Shown here: positions 1 to 13,399 of the stretch, one piece after another
Layout of the letters: each line of letters starts with the position of its first letter
How positions within the stretch are numbered: position 1 is the first letter of the stretch
Source of the DNA: Octopus vulgaris
Lineage: Eukaryota
NCBI GenBank assembly: GCA_951406725.2
Contig: OX597830.1
Coordinates: 10,850,001 to 10,914,000, forward strand
DNA: 64,000 nt
Direction of reading: 5' to 3'
Program-made: the position numbers and the translations under genes
The notes under the pieces: generated by a model
What the model was told of the DNA's origin: nothing
The model's input: the letters and a program-made list of their open reading frames with translations, nothing else
The model's database searches: none

Positions 1-354
1 CCTTTTTTTTTGTGGTAGCTTGGGCAAGTTTCTTCAACTATAGTTTCAGGCCAACCAAGACTTTGTGCATAGACTTGGCAGACAGAAATATGTATGTGTG
101 TGTGTGTGAGTGTGTATGTGTGTGTTGGAATCTTTTCACGGCAGTATGTGGAGGATGTAAAAGCATTGTCACCATCATCTAAGCAGTGCGAGTCATTTCC
201 AGTCTTCTGGGTAAACATGTCCAGTCAGTGATGGGGGGGGGGGGGCCGGAATATATATTTTTAGTTGCAAAACAGGTGAGGGTTGGAGACAGGGATCTTG
301 TCTGACCATGTTGCAAGCAGGGAAAAGTGGATGTTAAAATGATGACAACAAAGA

Positions 355-1450
355 TGATGATGGTGATGATGATGGGTAGTAGTAGTGGTGGTGGTGGTGG
401 TGGTGGTGAGTGACAATGATGGGACAGCTATGGTGAGGGCAGTGAGTATGAATGGATAATAATGGTGGGGGTAGTGGTAGTGGTGTGGCGGTGGTGGTGG
501 TGGTGGTGATGGTGGTGGTGGTGTGGTGGTGGTGGTGATGTGGCGGCGGTGGTGGTGTGGCGGCGGTGGTGGTGTGGCGGTGGTGGTGGTGTGACGGTGG
601 TGGTGTGGCGGTGGTGATATGGCAGTGGTGCTGGTGGTGGTGGTGGTGTGGCGGCGGTAGTGGTGTTGCGGTAGTGGTATGGCAGTGGTGCTGGTGGTGG
701 TGATGGAAGTGGAAGTGATGTAGATGTAGTTATTCAAGGCCGTTAATGAGAAATCGTTAAGGAACATATATGTATGTATGTATGTGTGTGAGTGTGGATG
801 GATGGATGCATGCATAAATGTATGTATGTAAATATGTGTGTGTGTGTATATATTTGTGTGCATGTATGCATGTGTGTGTATGTATGCATGTATGTGTGTG
901 CATGAGTATACATGTGTGTGTATTTGTGTGCATGTGCATGCGTGTGTATGTATGTATGGTGAATCATGTATGTGAATATGTATATGTGAATGAGCATGTG
1001 TGTGTATAAGTATAAATATATGTGCTTATATGTATGTATGTATGTGTGTGTTTATATGTGTTCATGTGTATATGTGTGTATATGGCAGCATGCGTTTACA
1101 TGTACATGTATTTGTGTGGATATATGCATGATTTTATGTGTGTGTGTGTGTCTGAGTGTTGTGACACTTTGCTAGTTTGTACTTTGTCAAACTACCACCA
1201 CTACTACTACCAGTCACCACTGCTACCACCACCACTACCACCATCACTGCCACCACCACCCACCTCACCATCACTATCACTACCTTTACCACCGCCACTT
1301 TCAGCACCATCACCACTACCACCACCACCACATCACTACCATCATCACCACCACACCACACAACCATCACCACCTCCACCTTCACCACAACCACCACTAC
1401 CACCATCACCATCGCCAACACTGTTGTCTCCCCCGCCCCACCCTGCATCA
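355..1450. repeat. (GGT)n tract, TG/TA tract, then (ACC)n tract
   Basis: 355-720 GGT-rich, 765-1150 TGTA-rich and 1190-1450 ACC-rich. Confidence 0.85.
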
Positions 1451-2740
1451 CCTGACTTCCTGACAATATACCTTCTTAATTAATAGTAAACTTACATGAG
1501 GAGCAGGAGGGAGAGACGAAGAGGAGGAGGTAGAGGCAGAAGAAAGTGGTGATGGTCATGGTGGGAGGTGGGGGAGGTCAATACTTGTAACAATGAATGA
1601 CACTACAAGTAGTCCATGTCCAAACAGACACACAGACAGACATGCCAGGACAGACAGACAGAGACAGCCTAAGACATAACTGTATTGTTGTTGATGTTAT
1701 TGTTATCCTAGTATTGTCCAGAGGTTATTGTCCGAGTAGCCGGTGGAGAGATTGTTGTTCTTGTTGTTGTTAATTAAAAACAATAGCTAATAATATAATG
1801 ACTAATTACATGTACATACATTATATATACATGTATGTATATGTATATATATATGTGTGTGTGTGTGTACACATATATGTGTATATATATATGTGTGTGT
1901 GTACATATATATATACACACACACGCATACATACACACACACATATATACTTACATATATATATATACACACATATACATAAATATACTTATATATATAT
2001 ATACACACACATATACATACATATATATGTATGTATATATATACATATATGTAAGTATGCATGTGTATATATATATATATATATATATGTATATACATGC
2101 ACACACACATATATACATAAACATATATACTTATATAAACACATATACATATGTATATATACACACTCATATACATATATACAATTACACACACATACAC
2201 ACTCGACAGACATGTGGTCTATAATTAATTACTTTATAGTTCCCCTCCACCACTTAACTCTTCGTCCCCCCCATTAACTCATTGAAAAAGAAAAAACAAA
2301 AAAGAAAAACAATAGCAAAAGAATATTTCAAGCAATAACACATATATATACATATATACACATAAGCATATAAACATATGCACATGAACACACACACACA
2401 CTCATAAACACACTCATATTTTCATACAGATGTACATACACACACGTACAAACTCACTCACATACCTATTGCACAGTTGTCTCTCCACACACATAGGCAT
2501 ATACATACATGCATACACACACACACACACACACAGTGAGGCCCATACACAGACCACACAGACACACACTTATGTTCATATACATATACAAACAGATGAC
2601 CATACATACATATAAAGAAATATTCATATTCATATACATACATGCCCAGATACACACACATATTTCCACTTATATAATATAGACAATCATAGATAGATAA
2701 TCATATATAGACAAATATATATACACATGAGGACAGTCAT

Positions 2741-2952
2741 TCAAAATGTGACCGCGTGTGTACCGTTGGCGATTTTCCTCCATCTTCCCTTCTCTGGATC
2801 TTTCCTTTTCCTATGTTTCCGATAAAGAGCTCCGCTTGAAACGTTAAACCCTCCTTCTTCCCTTCCTTCCTGAGCGTCCAATAATACTATATTTGTTCCA
2901 CGTCCTCGCGTTGTTGTGTTTTCTCTTTGTGTTTTCATGTTTGGATTAACTA
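2741..2952 (+). mobile_element. Penelope-like/retrozyme-type short repeat with degenerate minimal HHR, copy 1
   Basis: About 210 bp, shared with 20478-20695 and 32248-32465. 2815-2849 reads guuu-CcGAUaA-agagc-ucc-gcuu-GAAACGUU-aaac. Ends in (TA)n. Confidence 0.6.
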
Positions 2953-2993
2953 TATATATATATATATATATTTTTTTTTTATTTTATAGAAGG

Positions 2994-3044
2994 AGCTTCT
3001 ACAGGACTAGAACTGTTTCATTCAAAAGAAATCATCAGGAAGCT
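2994..3044 (-). ncRNA. Type I hammerhead ribozyme motif, near-canonical
   Basis: Minus strand reads agcuuc-CUGAUGA-u-uuc-uuuu-gaa-u-GAAA-cag-uucuaguc-cug-UA-gaagcu: 6-bp stem I, intact core, 4-bp stem III, GUA site. The only defect is U-U at the base of stem II. Confidence 0.8.
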
Positions 3045-3971
3045 AGGTGACAAGAATAGTTTTGGCATTTATACATTTAGGCAGGTTTAAAGGGGTGGTG
3101 GTGGGGGACTTTTTGGGGTAGGCATGGCGCAAACTATCATTCTTAGGGGAGTGGTCAAAGGAATCAGTGATAAAGTAGATAAAAGAATAAATAGAATAAT
3201 AGAGTTTTAGGTAAATATATATATAAATAGACAATCATACACACACAAGGATATATATATATTCACATATATACATGTGGGCACACACACATCTATTTAC
3301 TTATACATATATATGTGCATGTATAATTACCTATTCCTACATATATATGAATAGACAATCATACACACACACAAGGACATTCATATTGACATATAAACAC
3401 ACACACACATTCAGTTACATATAGGAGGTAATTATACAAGCAGAGATGGACAATCATATTCTTATACACACATGCACATGTGGACACTCACTTATATACA
3501 CTTACCTATACAAACATAGAGTCGTATATACACACACACACACACACACGAATGCTTAAATACAGTGAAATATGCAGAGACAAATACACACAAACACACA
3601 CAACCATAGATATACGTACATCTACACATAAGCACACACACACATACACACACACAGAGAAGAAAAATACATAAAAGCACCCGTGTGGTACCACATAAGA
3701 AACACCTGAGCTGGTGCCACATAAAAAAAAGGACCCAGTATATTCTGTAAAGTGTTTGGCATTAGGAAGGGTACCCAGCTGTAGAGCCCATGCCAAAACG
3801 GTCAAATGGAGCCCGGTACAACCCCCCTGGTTTGCAAGTTCTTGTCAAACCGTCCAACCCATACCAGCATGGAAAACAGACGCAAAATGTTGATGATGAT
3901 GATGATGATGATACATAAGCTCATGTGCTTACACATAGTCAAATACCCACAAACACTCACAACACTGGATA

Positions 3972-4380
3972 GGCGCAGGAGTGGCTGTGTGGTAAGTAGC
4001 TTGCTAACCAACCACATGGTTCCAGGTTCAGTCACACTGCGTGGCACCTTGGGCAAGTGTCTTCTGCTATAGCCCCGGGCCGACCAATGCCTTGTGAGTG
4101 GATTTGGTAGACAGAAACTGAAAGAAGCCTGTCGTATATATTTATATATATATATGTATATGTGTATATGTTTGTGTGTCTGTGTTTGTCCCCCTAGCAT
4201 TGCTTGACAACCGATGCTGGTGTGTTTATGTGTCCGTCACTTAGCGGTTCGGCAAAAGAGACCGATAGAATAAGTACTGGGCTTACAAAGAATAAGTCCC
4301 GGGGTCGAGTTGCTCGACTAAAGGCGGTGCTCCAGCATGGCCACAGTCAAATGACTGAAACAAGTAAAAGAGTAAGAGTA
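3972..4380 (+). mobile_element. tRNA-derived SINE family A (CORE-like), full length
   Basis: A-box tggctgtgtgg, B-box ggttcagtc, CORE-like ccttgggcaag, internal (TA/TG)n, tail gactgaaacaagtaaaagagt. More than 15 copies or fragments in the window. Confidence 0.85.
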
Positions 4381-5172
4381 ACCATACACCCACATGCAAG
4401 CACACACACACACAGAGTCAAACACACGCAAATATACAGAATAGACAAATGCACGCAAACACATCTGCGAACATCGTGTTAGTGTTGTTATCAACAAGTT
4501 TCATCACCAACGTCCATCTCCCAATGAACAAGACTGACATGTACAACTGGAAGTTTGGAATTTGCTTTAGTTTTTGTTTTTTGTAGGGTTTTTTGTGTTT
4601 CTTACCATTTTTTTTTATTGTAGTTTCATCCATCCCCACTTTTAATAATTTCATGTTTCTTTTGATTTTTGCTTGGTTTTATAGAATAAAAAAAAAAGAA
4701 TTCACAAAAAAAAAGAAAGAAATTAAAAAAAATCCACCCAGTCACCCACCCGCCTGCCCGACCCCACCCACTCCCAAGATGTTTCAGGAGAACAAACTGC
4801 CATTGATTGGAGCAAGCAGCATGTGTGAGGTCCAGAAAGAAGGGTTTTAGCAGACATAATTGTTGTTGTTATACATGAAACCCTTGACAGAGGGTTTTAA
4901 GTGTTTGTTCGTTTGCATGTTATTTTGTTTTATTATTATAGACCTCTTCTCGAGGGATTGGAAAGCCATATCAATGGATAATCTAGCCATAGCAAAAAGA
5001 TGGGAAAAAAAATTAAAAGAAAAAAGAAAAAAAAAGAAAAAGAGTTGTATCAAAAACAGATTCTTCTGACAGTCAGATCCCTTATTTTCAAGGTGGCTTA
5101 TCTATGATATATATGTGTGTGTGTGTGTGTGTGTGTCTGTGTCTGTGTGTGTTTTCATTATTTTATGTATAT

Positions 5173-5226
<54 letters not shown>

Positions 5227-6252
5227 TTATACTATGTCCATATATATATGTACATATATACAATTTTATGTTGGTATATATAGAGAGAAAAATGAAAAAA
5301 TTGAAGAGAAAATATTGTTTCAGAAATTACTTAATTGTTAATGATATTTCAGAGTGGAACCAACACTGGACCAAAACAAACATTTGTTTAGAGACACCAT
5401 TAAGTTTTGTTTTTTTTACTTTGTGTATATTACGTTGTTATTGTTATTGTTTTCTTTTTAGCACCAATTTAGCCCTGATCAAGCAGGCATACGATCAAAA
5501 GCATTTAAATCATGATGAGATATACTATATAGTACCTGGGAATCATGGGGCCGAAAGTGTCCCAGATTTATAGATTTCTCCAGTCTTCAGAGGACACTCT
5601 AAATACATACTTAAAGTATATTAATACACTACGTAAAGAACAAAATTTTTTTTAAGATTCAAATTAATGCACTTTTAAAGCAAGGCCTGCTTAATATTCG
5701 TTAATCCACTTAAAATATATCATGGTGCAGTATGTATACAGTATAATGCTTACAGGAAGAAAATTAAATGAAGGAAAGTAAATAAGATAATTTTATTTAC
5801 CAGATATAAATACTAATGTTACTAGTTAATACACTTCTGAAGTGGAGGATGTTTGACTGTTATCAATCCACTTAAGAAAAGCAAAAATACAAAACTACTT
5901 TTAACTCTTTAGCATTTAAATTGGCCATGTCTGACCCAAAAACAGGCCAGATCAGGCCTTTCACACCTACCCTTTGATGCCATTCTAAAACTAAACAATT
6001 ACATCGTTGAAATTTCAAAGCCATGAGATAATGCATGAATAGTACAAAATCATCATTGTCGTCATCATCATCATCATCATCATCATTTACTGTCCATTTT
6101 CCTTCCGGCATGGATTGGATGGTTTAACAGGAAATGGCCAGGAGCCACACCAGGCTCCAATCATTTGTTTTGCCATGGTTTCAATGAGTTTTGTCTTGCA
6201 ATTAGCTTATACTAATACATCTGTTTAGCTTATACTAATACATCAGCGTTAT

Positions 6253-6314
6253 ACTAATACATCTGTTTGTTTTGTACACCACCTGTCTTCGTCTTTTGTT
6301 TTTTCATAAACTCT

Positions 6315-6352
<38 letters not shown>

Positions 6353-6417
6353 GGAGAATTCACAAAAAAACAAAAGACGAAGACAGGTGGTGTACAAAAA
6401 CAAACAGATGTATTAGT
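6253..6417. repeat. Inverted repeat (~65-bp arms) around a (TA)n spacer
   Basis: 6253-6317 versus 6351-6417, with a few mismatches. Confidence 0.8.
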
Positions 6418-6434
6418 TTAATGCTCAGGAAGTG

Positions 6435-6610
6435 GACATATTTTGTCATTTCTGCAGGACTGACCTGAACAGCGTACCTCGCTGACTGACATTACTGACT
6501 GTGTCAGTCCACTATTTATTAGTAGTTGACCAGTGGACTGACACAGTCAGTAATGTCAGTCAGCGGGGTACGCAATTCAGGTCAGTCCTGCAGAAACGAC
6601 GAAATATGTC
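6435..6610. repeat. Hairpin/MITE-like inverted repeat (~79-bp arms, 18-nt loop)
   Basis: 6435-6513 versus 6532-6610. Confidence 0.85.
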
Positions 6611-7084
6611 ACCAAAATGCAGGACATGATATATACATATCAGCAACATCACCAACATTTATCCTCTGTATTCCATGTTGACATGGACAGAATGGTTCAA
6701 CAGCAGCCAAGAAACCAGAAGACTGCATTAGGTTCCAGTGTCTGCTTTAGCATGGTTCCTATGGTTATACATTCTTCTGAGTACCAACCTCTTCATAGAG
6801 CATGCTGGGTGTATTTTCAAGGCACCAGCATTAGCTTAATTAGCTTAGTTCCTAAGCTAATTGCAAGACAAAACCCTTTGACCGAGTGGAGGTGCAATAT
6901 TGAGGGATGTGTGCTATGTCCACTGTATGTACACCATGTGTTTAGGCATGGCATACGTGCCATGGGGTAAAATGATTCGACAAAAACAAGTTTTCTTTAA
7001 AGCAGTGGGGATGGCCAGCATTCAAGACAGCATGTGGCCATGAACAAGTCTCGTCCAATCCATGCCAGCATGGAAAATGCACAC

Positions 7085-7930
7085 ATGAAAATGACAATGA
7101 TGAGAACGATAATGATGAGGATCATGATGATGATGATGATGAGGAGGAGGAGGATAACAATGATGATGATGATGGCAATGACAAGGAGACTGGTGATAAT
7201 GGTGATGGTGATGATAATGATAATCGTAATAATAATGATAATGACAATGGTGATGATGATGCCGATTATGATGATGATGATGATGACGACAAGGTGGATG
7301 ATGATGACAATGATGATGATGACGGTGACAATCACAATGATGATGAGGAAGAGGAGGAGAACGATGATGATAATACAATGGTGACAATGATGACAATGAT
7401 AATGATGATGAAAACAATGACAATGATGGCGAGGAGGAGAAGGAAGAGAATGATGATGATGATGATAAGATGGATGCTGAAGCTGATGAGAATGAGAATC
7501 ATCACAATGCTGAGGAAGACGGTGATGAGAATGATGATGATGATGATTATAATGATGATGAGAATGATGACGATGATGGAGAAGAGGAGGAGGAGGAGAA
7601 TGATGGAGAGGAGGAGGAGAAGGAAATGATGGAGAGGAGGAGGAGGAGAATTATGGAGAGGAGGAGGAGACTGATGGAGACGAGGAGGAGGAGAATGATG
7701 GAGAGGAGGAGGAGGAGAATTATGGAGAGGAGGAGGAGGAGAATTATGGAGAGGAGAAGGAAATGATGGAGAGGAGGAGGAGAATGATGGAATGGAGGAG
7801 GAGAATGATGGAAAGGAGGAGAATGATGATGATGAGGATGATAATCAAGACGATGATGAAGATGATGATCAGAATGGTGATGATGATGATGATGATGATG
7901 ATGATGACAATGGTGATGATGATAACGATG
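7085..7930. repeat. (GAT)n/(GAG)n low-complexity tract
   Basis: Direct inspection. Confidence 0.9.
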
Positions 7931-8503
7931 CCCATCCCTTGTAATACCTAATCCATATGTAATACTAAACCGTCCAATTTATTACTTAGTTAATCCGGTT
8001 AACACCAGTGTTTGAAGATCCTATTACAACGAGCACCAACCTGACTCGTTTACAACAGTTGCTGATGTTGTCATTGTTCTTGTTGTTGTTGCTTTATTAA
8101 TTTGTATTCAAAGTTTTGAGAAAAAAAAAACAAAAAACAAAAACGAATTAATGTAATTTCTAAAGAATTTTGAGATTAAAATTTATTTCAATTTAATTTG
8201 AGATTTTATTTCAAGATCTAAAAATTTGTTTAGTCCTCGACTTTTTTTGCTTTGATTTTGGTTTTGTTTTTTGTTTTTTTGTTTTTTTTTTTGTTTTCCG
8301 TACTTTTTTTGGTTTTTGTCTGTCGTTTTTTTCCTTAAATTGAGTAAATAATTTTAAAATTTTAATTTTGTAGCCCAAAAAAGATCAAATTGTAGATCAA
8401 ATTGTGTGTGTGTGTGTGTGTGTGTGTGCATGTGTGTGTGTGTGTATACAGACAGACAGATATATATTTTTTACACACACAAAAGTGCTGATTCTAACTA
8501 TAC

Positions 8504-8542
<39 letters not shown>

Positions 8543-8903
8543 TGTGTATGCTGAAATATGCAATGTGTGTCTATGTGTATTATACACATATTCACACATA
8601 TATGCATAGGCATATAAACACATAGATATATACACTTATATATATATACAGAAATGCACAGATACATATACATATAGACACATGCACACACTCACACACA
8701 CACTTATAAGTGTTGATGTATAAATATATATGTATGTATATATATACATATACATCATTTTTTTGTGTGTGTGTGTGTAATGTTAATAATATGGTTATTT
8801 ACAGATTTATTGTTTATAGATATAAACAAACACACACACACACACATATGCATGCTACAAGGACGTGTGTGGACACCAATAGGATGGGTGGATGGGATTG
8901 TGA

Positions 8904-9970
8904 AGAAAGAAAGAAAGAAAGAAGGAAAGAAAGAAAGAAAGAAAGAAAGAAAGAAATGAATCAATCAATCAATGGAAAAAGGGAAGAGAGAAAGAAAAAG
9001 GAACAAAGCAAAGGGAAGAAAGAAAGAACAAAAGGAAGGAAGAAGGAAAGAAAAAGGAGAAGAATAGAGGAACAGAGAGAGAGAGAAAAGAACAAATAAG
9101 GAAGGAAGGAAGGAAAGATGAAGAACGATAGAAAGAAAAGAATGAGAGGAGAAAGAAATAAAAAGGAAGGAAGGAAAAAGGAAAAGAACAAAGAAACAGA
9201 GAGACAGAGAGAAAAGGAAGGAAGGAAGGAAGAATGAAGAAATTGAGAAAGAAAGGAATGAGAGGGAAAGAAACAAAAAGGAAAGAAAAAGGAGAAGAGA
9301 GAAACAGAGAGAGAGAGGGAGAGAAAAGGAAAGATGGAAGAATGAGGAAAGAAAGGAATGAGAGAAGAAAGAAAGGAATGAGAGGAGAAAGATAGAGGAA
9401 AGAAAAGGAAGAAAGGAAAGAAGAAAGAAAGGAAAGAAGAAAGAAAGGAAAGACGAAAGAAAGGAAAGACGAAAGAAAGGAAAGAAGAGAGAAAGGAAAG
9501 ACGACAGAAAGGAAAGAAGAGAGAAAGGAAAGAAGAGAGAAAGGAAAGAAGAGAGAAAGGAAAGAAGAGAGAAGGGAAAGAAGAAAGAAAAGACAGAAAG
9601 GAAAGAAGAAAGAAAGAAGAAAGAAAGGAAAGAAAGAAGAAAGAAAGGAAAGAAAGGAAAGAAAGAAAGGACAGAAGAGAGAAAGGAAAGAAAGAAAAGA
9701 CAGAAAGGAAAGAAGAGAAAAAGGAAAGAAGAGAGAAAGGAAAGAAGAAAGAAAGGAAAGAAGAGAGAAAGGAAAGAAAGAAAAGACAGAAAGGAAAGAA
9801 GAGAAAAAGGAAAGAAGAGAGAAAGGAAAGAAGAAAGAAAGGAAAGAAGAGAGAAAGGAAAGAAAGAAAAGACAGAAAGGAAAGAAAGAAAGGAAAGAAG
9901 AAAGAAAGGAAAGAAAGGAAGAAAAGAAGAGTGAAAAGAAAGATGAAAGAAAGGAAAGAAGAAAGAAAGA
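8904..9970 (+). repeat. ~1.07-kb polypurine (GAAA/GGAAA) tract
   Basis: Almost exclusively G/A; explains the three ~350-aa F/L/S ORFs. Confidence 0.95.
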
Positions 9971-10583
9971 TACATGGACACATCCTCCCACACACACATA
10001 CACACAGAGGCACCAACAGAATGGTTAGATGGATGGATAGATTAGAAGAGAAGATGGGACTGGCTGGAAGTAAGACATATTTATAGAAAATGGTTGCACC
10101 TCTATTGCTGAGAAAATGTCAAAACCCAAAACGAAAAAAAAAAACCACTTCATATTCTTCTCACAAAACAATAGATATGAACGGCAACAGGAACGACAAC
10201 AACAATAATAATAATGATGATGATGATGATGGAGAGCACAAGTTTGGTATTTCCTCAAATAAGCAGATTTAATGTGGTTTCATGCCTGAGTAGTTACGAA
10301 CACCACCACCACCACCACCACCACAAGGTGTTCATACATCACAGATGTCAACCCAAGACCGTCGACTGTCTTTTGCAGTTTAAAATCCTGTACGTTTCTG
10401 CGTTGAGATTATGAAGTCAACACATAACTTTGGTTAAAGTGTTTTAATATTTATTGCCTGCATATGTGTGGATGGCATGTGTGTGTGTGTGTATATAAAT
10501 ATATATACATGCATGCATATACATACACAAATACGTGTACTTCTTTACAGACACATCTCTTTCTCTTTCTCTCTGTATATATG

Positions 10584-10658
<75 letters not shown>

Positions 10659-10904
10659 TTAAAAATGATGTATAAATGATAAATTGCTTTTTGAAGCATA
10701 CATATATGCATATGTATGCACATATGTATATACGTATGTATGTATGTATGTATGTATGTATGTATATACGTATGTATGTATGTATGTATGTATGTATATA
10801 TGTATGTATGTATATACGTATGTATGTATGTATGTATGTATATACGTATGTATGTATGTATGTATATACGTATGTATGTATGTATGTATGTATGTATGTA
10901 TGTA

Positions 10905-11120
10905 TGCACCATGGTTTTGTCGTGCCATACAAAGAAGAGCCAGTTGCTTAAAATGGGTGAAACTTATGGAAGAGGGAGACCCAGAAAGACATGAGACAAA
11001 ATGGTGAGGTTTGATCCCAAGTTGTCGAGCCTCACCGAGGAGATAACAAAGGACTGAAATGATTGGTGACCTGCTCAGCACAAGAAGACCCATCCACCGC
11101 AATAAACATGGGGTCTTAAA
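10905..11120 (+). mobile_element. Decayed RTE ORF C-terminal fragment
   Basis: GETYGRGRPRKT motif, as in the 61175 copy. Confidence 0.55.
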
Positions 11121-11772
11121 AGTCTTATGCTTATTCCCATCCATGGCAGTCCCTACACCCACTTTGCCCACATCCCTGCCTAAACGCATCTCATCTTCCT
11201 AACTACCATCCCACCACCCCACCATCACTCCCCTAACAATGGGACTACTCAGCTACTGATACCATTTGAGAGGGGTCCCCACCACGCCCCGCCCACCCCA
11301 CACACGCCTTTGGCACTATTACATAATTCTCATTATCATCCCTGTCCCTACTACTTTCATCCTCTTTCTGTGCCTTTCAATAATCTCCACCACAACCACC
11401 CCTGCTCCACCTGCCCTTTCAGTTAAATCTTAGGTCTGCCATACCTGATGTTTGACACCTCTCCAATCAGCTACCATTCTTGATCCCCTTTCTCATATCT
11501 ACCATCGACACCCCTCCATCATTGTCACCCCACTCACTACAGCCACCACCCTAATGTACCTCTAACTCCCATCACTTCCACAGTTCTTCACCTTCCCATT
11601 CCTTCCACTTGCACACCCTTCACGTCACCTCCCTATTTTCTCATCTATCCACAGATGTACAACACAGCTGCTTACTGCTCCTCCTGTGCCACTGCTCACT
11701 ACATCCACCTCTTGCTCAATTGCTACCTGTCTGTCATTCTCTTCTCACAGTCTTTTAGAATTACCCACCCTT

Positions 11773-11976
11773 TCTTATTTCTTTACTGCCCACAAGGGGC
11801 TAAACACAGAGGGGACAAACAAGGACAGACAAAGGGATTAAGCCAATTACATCGACCCCAAAAGGATGAAAGGCAAAGTTGACCTCGGCAGAATTTGAAC
11901 TCAGAACGTAACGGCAGACGAAATGCTGCTAAGCTTTTCGCCCGGCCTGCTAACGTTTCTGCCAGCTCATCGCCTT
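11773..11976 (-). mobile_element. tRNA-derived SINE family B (tail variant 1)
   Basis: Minus strand: ggcgatgagctggcagaaacgttagc...gagttcaaattc (B-box)...ggtcaactttgcctttcatcc...tttgtcccctctgtgtttagccccttgtgggcagtaaagaaat. Confidence 0.8.
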
Positions 11977-12904
11977 ATCTTTCTTTCTTTCTCTCATGAT
12001 CCAAAGTCCATATTCTCTCTTAAACTCAGCTTCTCGTACCTTCGTTTGTGACCTCACCACCATCATATCTATCACCCACTCCATCAAAATTTTAACACCA
12101 ACATGATAAATAGGTATGTTTGCTTGCAACAATACGGAGAAAAGAGGAAAATGATGGAAGATTTTCTGAATGGTTTGGCACTTTTGAAAACCATCTCAAA
12201 TGCATATAATGTTAAAGTTGTAGTGAAACATATAAGTGTGGAAGATAGAGTAGTTACTAGATACCCCATTAAATAGAAAAATATATTGAATATGGTGGTT
12301 GTGTCAATGAAACAATAATAAATGTTAACAAAATGAGAATATCAATGAAATGTTATCAATGCTAATGACTTAAAAGTTATGAGAATATTCCTTTGAGTAT
12401 TTGTCATCTACAGGAAATCACACTGTTGTAACCATTACTTCACTCTGATGAAGAGACAATAAGTGTCTTGCAACATTAAGGAACTAATGGATTTAGGAAT
12501 TCTATTGCTTCAAACTAAACTTAAAGGATTAAGAGAAAATAAGAAAAATCCTGGATTGAAAAAGACTGAATGTCAGATATAGTTTGTCTCTTTGGTATAA
12601 TATCCTTAAAAGAAAAGCTTCTAAAGAGCCAGAAACATGTCAGGGAATCCAACAGGGGCACCACTGGACAGATATGGTGCTTTGACTCCTTTTCACCATA
12701 AGAAAGAATTGTTACGCAATGGTAACTGGAATGAATTGCCTTCAGAAGTTGGAGTATGTCACAAACAGCATATTTCAACCAACCTAAACATCATACACAC
12801 ACGCATGCATGCATGCATGCACACACACACACATACATATATATTTGATTAATGAGAGAGATGAAAGATACAAGAATGTTTATTGATCAATTCAAATGCT
12901 TCAA

Positions 12905-12938
<34 letters not shown>

Positions 12939-12939
<1 letters not shown>

Positions 12940-13169
12940 ATTAAGAAATGGAGTCAAACAGAGGTGTGGTTCAAACCATTACACACTAATCACATTTGGT
13001 TAAAATGACTTACTAATGAGTTTTGCTTCCCTTTTTTCCCTGACGAGATGATTACATTGTCTTACATCATTTTTATTCCCTCCGGAATAATCTCAGTGCT
13101 TTCTTCGAAACATATGTTGGAGGTAAAAATCGTTTGAATATCACCTGTGTTTGACTCCATTTCTTAATT
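12939..13169 (+). mobile_element. Foldback element (~42-bp terminal inverted repeats) enclosing an HHR core
   Basis: TIRs at 12939-12980 and 13128-13169; CUGACGA at 13040-13046 and GAAA-cauaug-UU at 13107-13118. Confidence 0.6.
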
Positions 13170-13307
13170 TATCTACGTTATACAAAAACATTTCACTTAA
13201 CCCTGGAATTTCCACTTTCATAAGTAGGGTATAATATCCTTGGCACTTATGTGAATTTTTGCTACCCTGGTAACTATTTATTTTTTCTGTGTTATTTGTA
13301 AACATTG

Positions 13308-13399
<92 letters not shown>

